A DNA stretch of 32,000 nt from Methanocorpusculum labreanum Z (lineage in GTDB: Archaea > Halobacteriota > Methanomicrobia > Methanomicrobiales > Methanocorpusculaceae), in assembly GCF_000015765.1 (NCBI RefSeq), contig NC_008942.1:355921-387920 (forward strand). The letters run 5' to 3'. A model generated the notes under the pieces. It was not told the DNA's origin and did no database searches. It worked only from the letters and a program-made list of their open reading frames with translations. Shown piece by piece: positions 26,799-32,000 of the stretch. The position numbers were made by a program, and so were the translations under genes. Numbering within the stretch: position 1 is the first letter of the stretch; the number at the start of each line of letters is the position of its first letter.

Positions 26799-28616
26799 AT
26801 GTCTGAAAGCTACGCATGTGGGACTTCCCAGAAACCCCTTTTGGGAAGTACCGTAGGAGATGTCTTGAACAGCATTGCGGCTAAATATCCCCGCAACGAT
26901 GCTCTAGTCTCCTTTCAGCCGAATCCCTACAGCAAACGGTGTATGTCTGACGCGGCAAACTACTGCCACGAAGGGCTCGTATCCGACGAGCCGAACTCGT
27001 ATCGCGAGGCCAGACTAACTCTAAACACTGCCGGGTCTAAGGTACTTCGCTATAATTGGACGGAGTTCCTTGCTGAGACGAATGCGGTGGCCAAAGGTCT
27101 TATGATGCTTGGCGTGGAACACGGGACGCGTGTTGCCATCTGGGCAATGAATTATGCCGAGTGGATCCTTGTCCAGTTTGCGACCGCCAAGATCGGTGCG
27201 GTGATGGTGAACATCAATCCTGCCTACCGTACGTTCGAACTGGAATACGCCCTCAAGCAGTCGGAAGTGGACACTCTGATCCTTCAGGGAAAGTTCAAGA
27301 CCTCCGATTACGTCGGTATGTTCTACGAGGCATGCCCCGAGGCATTCGAGGCAAAACCCGGCAAGATCCGGTCAGAGAAGTTCCCGTATTTACGTAACGT
27401 CGTATTCATGGGCGAGATCATCTATAACGGGATGTACCGCTGGAGCGAACTTCTCGAGATGGGTGAGTATGTCTCCGACTTCGAACTGGAAAACCGTGAA
27501 GAGTCTGTCTCTTTCGACGATGCGCTCAACATCCAGTATACGTCCGGAACGACCGGATTTCCCAAAGGCGTCGTTTTGTCCCATCATTCGGTCTTAAACA
27601 ACGGACTGTTTATCGGTGACGGGATGAGTTTTACCGAGAACGACAAACTCTGTATTCCGGTTCCGTTCTATCACTGTTTCGGGATGGTCCTCTCGAATAT
27701 GGCCTGTGTGACGCACGGATCCACGATGGTCATCCCCGGTCCGTTCTTCGATGCCGAGGCCGTACTTCAGGCGGTCGAGGCGGAAAAATGTACGGCTCTT
27801 CACGGCGTTCCAACCATGTTCATCGCAGAACTGGAGCACCCGAACTTCAACCGGTATGATCTTTCCAGTCTTAGGACCGGTATCATGGCAGGATCTCCAT
27901 GTCCTATCGAGAAGATGCGGGAGGTCGCTTCAAGGATGAACATGAAAGATATCGTTATCGTTTACGGTCTGACTGAAACGGCACCGGGTATTACCATGTC
28001 CACCACCTCCGACACGCTTGAAAACCGTGTGGCGACCGTTGGTCGTGCCTTCCCGCACACTGAAATCAAGATCACAGATCCGAAGACAGGAAGAATCGTC
28101 CCTCTCGGCGAGAAAGGCGAAATATGTGCCCGCGGTTACATGAAGATGAAATGTTACTACAATAATCCGAATGCAACCAAGCAGGTCATCGACAAAGACG
28201 GCTGGCTCCACTCCGGCGATCTTGGAACGATGGATGAGGAAGGCTATGTCCGGATGGCAGGCCGTCTGAAGGAGATGGTCATTCGCGGCGGAGAAAACCT
28301 TTATCCAAGAGAGATCGAGGAGTTCTTCCATCTTCACCCGAAGATTTCCGACATCTATGTCATCGGAGTTCCGGATGCGAAATACGGCGAGGAACTCTGT
28401 GCCTGGGTGAAAGCAGAACCTGGAACTACGATCACGGAAGAAGAGATCAAGGCATTTGCCGACGGGAAGATTGCCCGCCACAAGATCCCGCGTTATTACA
28501 AGTTTGTGGATTCTTTCCCCATGACCGTTACAGGCAAAATCAAGAAAGGCGATATGCAGGAGATATCCATCGCCGATCTTGGTCTCGCCGACGTTGCGAA
28601 GATAAAAACCGCGTAA
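26799..28616 (+). CDS. AMP-forming acyl-CoA synthetase / fatty-acid--CoA ligase family
   Basis: AMP-binding motif YTSGTTGFPKGV, plus GDLG..DEEGY and GR.KE..I.GGEN. Length is 605 aa. Confidence 0.85.
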   Translation: MSESYACGTSQKPLLGSTVGDVLNSIAAKYPRNDALVSFQPNPYSKRCMSDAANYCHEGLVSDEPNSYREARLTLNTAGSKVLRYNWTEFLAETNAVAKGLMMLGVEHGTRVAIWAMNYAEWILVQFATAKIGAVMVNINPAYRTFELEYALKQSEVDTLILQGKFKTSDYVGMFYEACPEAFEAKPGKIRSEKFPYLRNVVFMGEIIYNGMYRWSELLEMGEYVSDFELENREESVSFDDALNIQYTSGTTGFPKGVVLSHHSVLNNGLFIGDGMSFTENDKLCIPVPFYHCFGMVLSNMACVTHGSTMVIPGPFFDAEAVLQAVEAEKCTALHGVPTMFIAELEHPNFNRYDLSSLRTGIMAGSPCPIEKMREVASRMNMKDIVIVYGLTETAPGITMSTTSDTLENRVATVGRAFPHTEIKITDPKTGRIVPLGEKGEICARGYMKMKCYYNNPNATKQVIDKDGWLHSGDLGTMDEEGYVRMAGRLKEMVIRGGENLYPREIEEFFHLHPKISDIYVIGVPDAKYGEELCAWVKAEPGTTITEEEIKAFADGKIARHKIPRYYKFVDSFPMTVTGKIKKGDMQEISIADLGLADVAKIKTA

Positions 28617-28662
28617 TTGGAAAAAGAAAGAGAGATATACTTAACTCTCTCATTTCTCTCTT

Positions 28663-28998
28663 ATGAAGAAAAGTCTGATTGCCGCCTTGCTGATTGCCCT
28701 TTTTATCTCTGTTGGCGCTGCCGGCTGCATCGCCAGTGAACCTATTGTTGGGAACTGGTATATTTACGGTACCGACATTCCCGTCGTGTTTTATGAGAAT
28801 GGAACCGGGAGTCTGACCATCAGCCTTCTTGGCATCAATTCCACAGTTCCCATGACCTGGGAGAAGGTCGAAGAAAAGACCTATAAGCTTACCGGAACCT
28901 CCGCATTATTTAACGCAGGGACATATACGCTCTCTGCTGACGGAAAATCCCTCGTCGCTGTCTCTACTGGAATTACTTCATTTGTAAAGCAAGCATAA
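28663..28998 (+). CDS. Small putative lipoprotein / secreted protein
   Basis: Signal peptide MKKSLIAALLIALFISVGAAGC with a lipobox-like AAGC. 111 aa, no family recognised. Confidence 0.5.
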   Translation: MKKSLIAALLIALFISVGAAGCIASEPIVGNWYIYGTDIPVVFYENGTGSLTISLLGINSTVPMTWEKVEEKTYKLTGTSALFNAGTYTLSADGKSLVAVSTGITSFVKQA

Positions 28999-29056
28999 TC
29001 CTTCTTCATTCCTTTTTTGGAATTCAGGATATGGATAATAACTCAGGTTCCAAAAA

Positions 29057-29830
29057 TCAAAACTCCCATTTCCATCCGTCGGCTTTCATCAGTTTTTCGA
29101 CGTCCCGGTATTTGGGCATAAGTCGTTCGACCTCTTTCCAGTAGGTTTTCTGATGGTGGGGATATCTGAGATGTACTATTTCGTGGACGACCAGATACTC
29201 GGCAACGATTTTTGGGGCAAGCAGCACTCGTGCATTGATGATTATCCCATTTTTTGGAGTACAACATCCCCATTTTTTCTTCTGCAGCTTCATTCGCAGG
29301 TTTGGCTTCGTCACGCCGGCAAGCTCCGCATACTTTTCCACATATGCATCCAGAACCGCGGGTCCACGACGCCTGTACAAAAGCATTACCACATCGCGGG
29401 CAATCATTTCGGCTTCATCCGGCGTAAAGGAATCCGGTGTTGATATGTGAAGAACTTCTCCCGCGATCTCCGCTTTGGCGGGTCCGGCACTCCGTTGTAT
29501 GGTCAGGTCTTCCCCGAAAAATGGAATTACTTCCCCATCACTGTAGCTTCTGGGTTTTGTGTCCCTGTTTTGAAACAGAGCCTGCTGTTTTGCGATCCAC
29601 TCGGCTTTGCTCTGTGCGATCTCCTGAACTTTTTCCAAGGAAGTGGCTTTTGGAACGCGTATCAGCACCTCGCCGTTCGTCTTAACTTCGATCGCCCAGG
29701 ATCTTCTCCGATCCGAATAAATGACCTCAATGGGAATTATGTATCCATTCCATATAACCGCCAAACCCATATGTGAAACATTATCTCTCATACTCTCCAA
29801 TATAAGTAACTGAATGTTAGTCCGTGCCAT
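29057..29830 (-). CDS. YgjP-like (DUF45) zinc metallohydrolase
   Basis: HEIVHLRYPHH is an HExxH motif near the C-terminus. The DUF45-type N-terminus reads I..EVIYSDRRRSWAIEV....V..RVP. The true start may be the internal ATG at 29770, because the 29830 start overlaps the divergent JAMM gene. Confidence 0.7.
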   Translation of the reverse strand: MARTNIQLLILESMRDNVSHMGLAVIWNGYIIPIEVIYSDRRRSWAIEVKTNGEVLIRVPKATSLEKVQEIAQSKAEWIAKQQALFQNRDTKPRSYSDGEVIPFFGEDLTIQRSAGPAKAEIAGEVLHISTPDSFTPDEAEMIARDVVMLLYRRRGPAVLDAYVEKYAELAGVTKPNLRMKLQKKKWGCCTPKNGIIINARVLLAPKIVAEYLVVHEIVHLRYPHHQKTYWKEVERLMPKYRDVEKLMKADGWKWEF

Positions 29831-30185
29831 AGATCAGGAAGTACTTGATCTCCTTTTGGAGATGGGAAGATCAAGCTTTCCGGATGAATATATCGTCATG
29901 CTGGGCATGGAAAAGGGTGTCATCAACGTCACCTATCCGATCCCCGGTACCAGAGTCTCACAGGATAGCGCCAATATTTTCATGGATATGATCCCCCTTG
30001 GAATGCAGATCGCAGGGACGGCTCACAGTCATCCAAACGGCTGTTTATCACCTTCGGATGCGGATCTGGCAACATTTTCCCAGAGCGGTCAGTGCCATAT
30101 CATCGTAGGCCCCCCCTTCGATGAAAACTCCTGGAGATGTTACGGCAGGGACGGGAAACAAAAAGTCTTGGAAGTTATACCATGA
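29814..30185 (+). CDS. JAB1/MPN/Mov34 (JAMM) metalloprotease, minimal ~120-aa form
   Basis: Complete JAMM signature: an upstream Glu (PDEYIVMLG) and HSHPNGCLSPSDAD, which is H-x-H-x7-S-x2-D. Confidence 0.8.
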   Translation: MLVRAIDQEVLDLLLEMGRSSFPDEYIVMLGMEKGVINVTYPIPGTRVSQDSANIFMDMIPLGMQIAGTAHSHPNGCLSPSDADLATFSQSGQCHIIVGPPFDENSWRCYGRDGKQKVLEVIP

Positions 30186-30604
30186 AAAAAATAGTCGCCA
30201 CCGGGACATTTGATATCCTCCATCCCGGACATATATACTATCTTGAAGAGTCGAAAAAATTAGGTGACGAGTTGTGGGTCATTGTTGCCCGGGAAAAGAA
30301 TGTCGTTCATAAACCCCGCCCTATCGTTTCCGAAGATCAGCGGCTCAAAATGATCCAGAGTCTCAAGTGCGTTGATCATGCCGTACTTGGGGATCAGACG
30401 GATATGTACAAACCTATCCGTGAGATCGATCCCGCCGTCATAACGATCGGTTTTAACCAGAAATGGTCCGAGGAAAAGCTGAGGGCCGATCTGGCTGAAC
30501 GGAATATCTGTGCAGATGTTGTGCGAATCTCCGAGTACACCGGGATGCCTTTTACTTCATCAACAAAGATCATCGATGAGGCCGTTCGGAGAAGAACTAA
30601 ATGA
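30182..30604 (+). CDS. ribL: CTP-dependent FAD synthase (archaeal RibL, cytidylyltransferase fold)
   Basis: I place the start at ATG 30182, an ATGA overlap with the JAMM stop. MKKIVATGTFDILHPGH...LGDELWVIVARE is close to the M. jannaschii RibL N-terminus as I remember it. Confidence 0.8.
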   Translation: MKKIVATGTFDILHPGHIYYLEESKKLGDELWVIVAREKNVVHKPRPIVSEDQRLKMIQSLKCVDHAVLGDQTDMYKPIREIDPAVITIGFNQKWSEEKLRADLAERNICADVVRISEYTGMPFTSSTKIIDEAVRRRTK

Positions 30605-31203
30605 AGCAGGAAAAACAGGACCTGATTGCTGAACTTGTCAGGTTTGTTGTTGAAAAAGGCGGGGAAGCTACCATGATCCCTGCAAAAGACATCGTCACTG
30701 CCGAATGGGTCCGACAGAAATGTCTTTTCGGTTGCAGCGGATTTGGCCGCAGGTTTTCCTGCCCGCCTTACTCTCCGACGCCTGCAGAGACGAAAAAAGT
30801 CCTTAAAGAATACAAAACAGCCCTTCTGATAAAATTTTTAGGGGATGTCGGGGAAACAACGCCGGAGCGCCTCGTCTCCCGCGATATGACTGCCTATGTT
30901 CAAAATGTCATGTATGAACTCGAGAGTATGGCATTCTCTGCAGGGTTCTACAAGGCGTTTGCCTATACCGGTCATCAGTGTGGATTATGCACGCACTGCA
31001 CGGCAAAAGACGACGATGCAGATATCACTGACTGTATGAACAGAAGAAAAATGCGTCCAAGCATGGAAGCTGCCGGAATCGATGTCTATGCTTCCTGTGC
31101 CTCCGTCGGATGGGATCTTGATATCCTCTCATGCACGAATGTTCCCGGCGGATCCGTTCTGGATTCTCCAATGACAACGGTCATGCTCCTTTTAATTGAG
31201 TGA
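30601..31203 (+). CDS. DUF2284-family Cys-rich metal-binding protein
   Basis: Contains CLFGCSGFGRRFSCPPYSP and CGLCTHC motifs. It forms an ATGA overlap with the ribL stop. Confidence 0.6.
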   Translation: MKQEKQDLIAELVRFVVEKGGEATMIPAKDIVTAEWVRQKCLFGCSGFGRRFSCPPYSPTPAETKKVLKEYKTALLIKFLGDVGETTPERLVSRDMTAYVQNVMYELESMAFSAGFYKAFAYTGHQCGLCTHCTAKDDDADITDCMNRRKMRPSMEAAGIDVYASCASVGWDLDILSCTNVPGGSVLDSPMTTVMLLLIE

Positions 31204-31208
31204 ATACT

Positions 31209-32000
31209 ATGAAAAACTCTCCATTTCTTGCTCCCGTGCCGTTTTACTGGTGTGACAAATGTCATGCCCCGGTGATGGGAAAACTCTGCTCCTGCGGGGA
31301 AAAGGCCCGTCCCGTCTCCGTGACTCCGCCGGGAGATGTTCGTCCGGCTTTTCAGCGGGACAGAGATCTAGTGAACCGCCTCTTCGAAGAACAGTTCGGC
31401 GTTCCGTTGATCCCTGATGGATATCTCGCCCTTCTCAACAAAGTCCCCGATGAGGACCGGATGGAAGAGATCATCATCGGCGGTGCGGTGGTCTGCGCTA
31501 TTCGATATATTCCGGCAGAGTCCCGATGGGAAGTTCTGCCTAGAGAAGCAGCGGCGGCCCTAGTCGTCCCGACCAAACGATTCATTCGAGTCACGGACGA
31601 TGCCGCAGGATATATTCGGGACGGAAGCAGCGTTCTTATGCCCGGCGTTACCTTTGTATCGCCCGATATCGAAGTCGGCGACAGTGTGTTCGTTCTTTCC
31701 GAGTCTGGGGACTGCGTGGCGGTCGGCAGAGCCAAGATGTCATATCGGGAAACGGTGGGTGCTACCCGGGGTCAGCTGGTCAGAACCCGCCGGACTCAAA
31801 AACCCATAGTGGACGCTGCCCCTTCAACCTGGGAAGATGCGATCATGGCAAACAACAATATCCTTGATCTCTATGAAAGAAAATCGATTGAGTTCATCCA
31901 TGATGTCATCGCCAAAAACCCGGGAATCCAGCCGACCGTATCCTACTCCGGGGGGAAAGACAGTCTGGTAACACTTCTCATCACGCTCAAGGCAGGGCTT
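31209..32000 (+). CDS. Zn-ribbon + PUA domain + PP-loop ATP pyrophosphatase (PAPS-reductase-like) protein; 3' end beyond window
   Basis: This ORF is not in the supplied track because no stop is reached. I translated it by hand from ATG 31209 in frame 3, and all 264 codons to the window edge are open. It has CDKCHAPVMGKLCSCG, a PUA-like GSSVLMPGV...VGDSVFVL...VAVGRA, and the PP-loop SYSGGKDS at 31941-31964. Confidence 0.7.
   Translation, partial: MKNSPFLAPVPFYWCDKCHAPVMGKLCSCGEKARPVSVTPPGDVRPAFQRDRDLVNRLFEEQFGVPLIPDGYLALLNKVPDEDRMEEIIIGGAVVCAIRYIPAESRWEVLPREAAAALVVPTKRFIRVTDDAAGYIRDGSSVLMPGVTFVSPDIEVGDSVFVLSESGDCVAVGRAKMSYRETVGATRGQLVRTRRTQKPIVDAAPSTWEDAIMANNNILDLYERKSIEFIHDVIAKNPGIQPTVSYSGGKDSLVTLLITLKAGL

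Noticed and set aside
27930-28481. 183-aa minus-strand ORF antisense to the acyl-CoA synthetase, and similar ORFs at 23161-23754, 18674-19149 and 31352-31735
   Set aside because: All lie inside genes that have strong family motifs on the opposite strand, so I treat them as shadow ORFs.

Overview
The window is a chromosomal segment of a methanogenic archaeon with about 50% G+C. Diagnostic genes are methenyl-H4MPT cyclohydrolase (mch), an 8-cluster polyferredoxin, Orc1/Cdc6, ribosomal protein L10e, diphthine synthase, CTP-dependent FAD synthase RibL and archaeal-type ValRS. A Methanomicrobiales-like host is only a guess. Coding density is high: I support about 36 protein genes, 2 tRNAs (Thr-CGU, Val-UAC) and one box C/D sRNA candidate that no ORF track would show. 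Content is mostly housekeeping: ABC ATPase, CbiM, DtxR-FeoA/FeoB iron uptake, ALDH, MFS transporter, Ppx/GppA, valS and an acyl-CoA synthetase. There is no CRISPR array, no transposase or integrase, and no recognisable defence island. The observations most worth follow-up are listed here. (1) A full C/D'/C'/D box sRNA signature with a terminal stem at 22894-22958. (2) An ungapped ~52-nt promoter-region module shared by the ribE-ribB-ribH operon and an MFS transporter. (3) That rib operon looks Firmicutes-like but lacks ribD, the RibA half of RibBA and any FMN riboswitch. (4) A tightly coupled JAMM-RibL-DUF2284-PUA/PP-loop operon. (5) An acidic zinc-ribbon protein translationally coupled to orc1/cdc6. 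(6) A PhzF-family gene disrupted at a T6 homopolymer. (7) A stand-alone Cas4-like protein with a degenerate active site. All similarity statements come from reading motifs by eye, and no database search was run.
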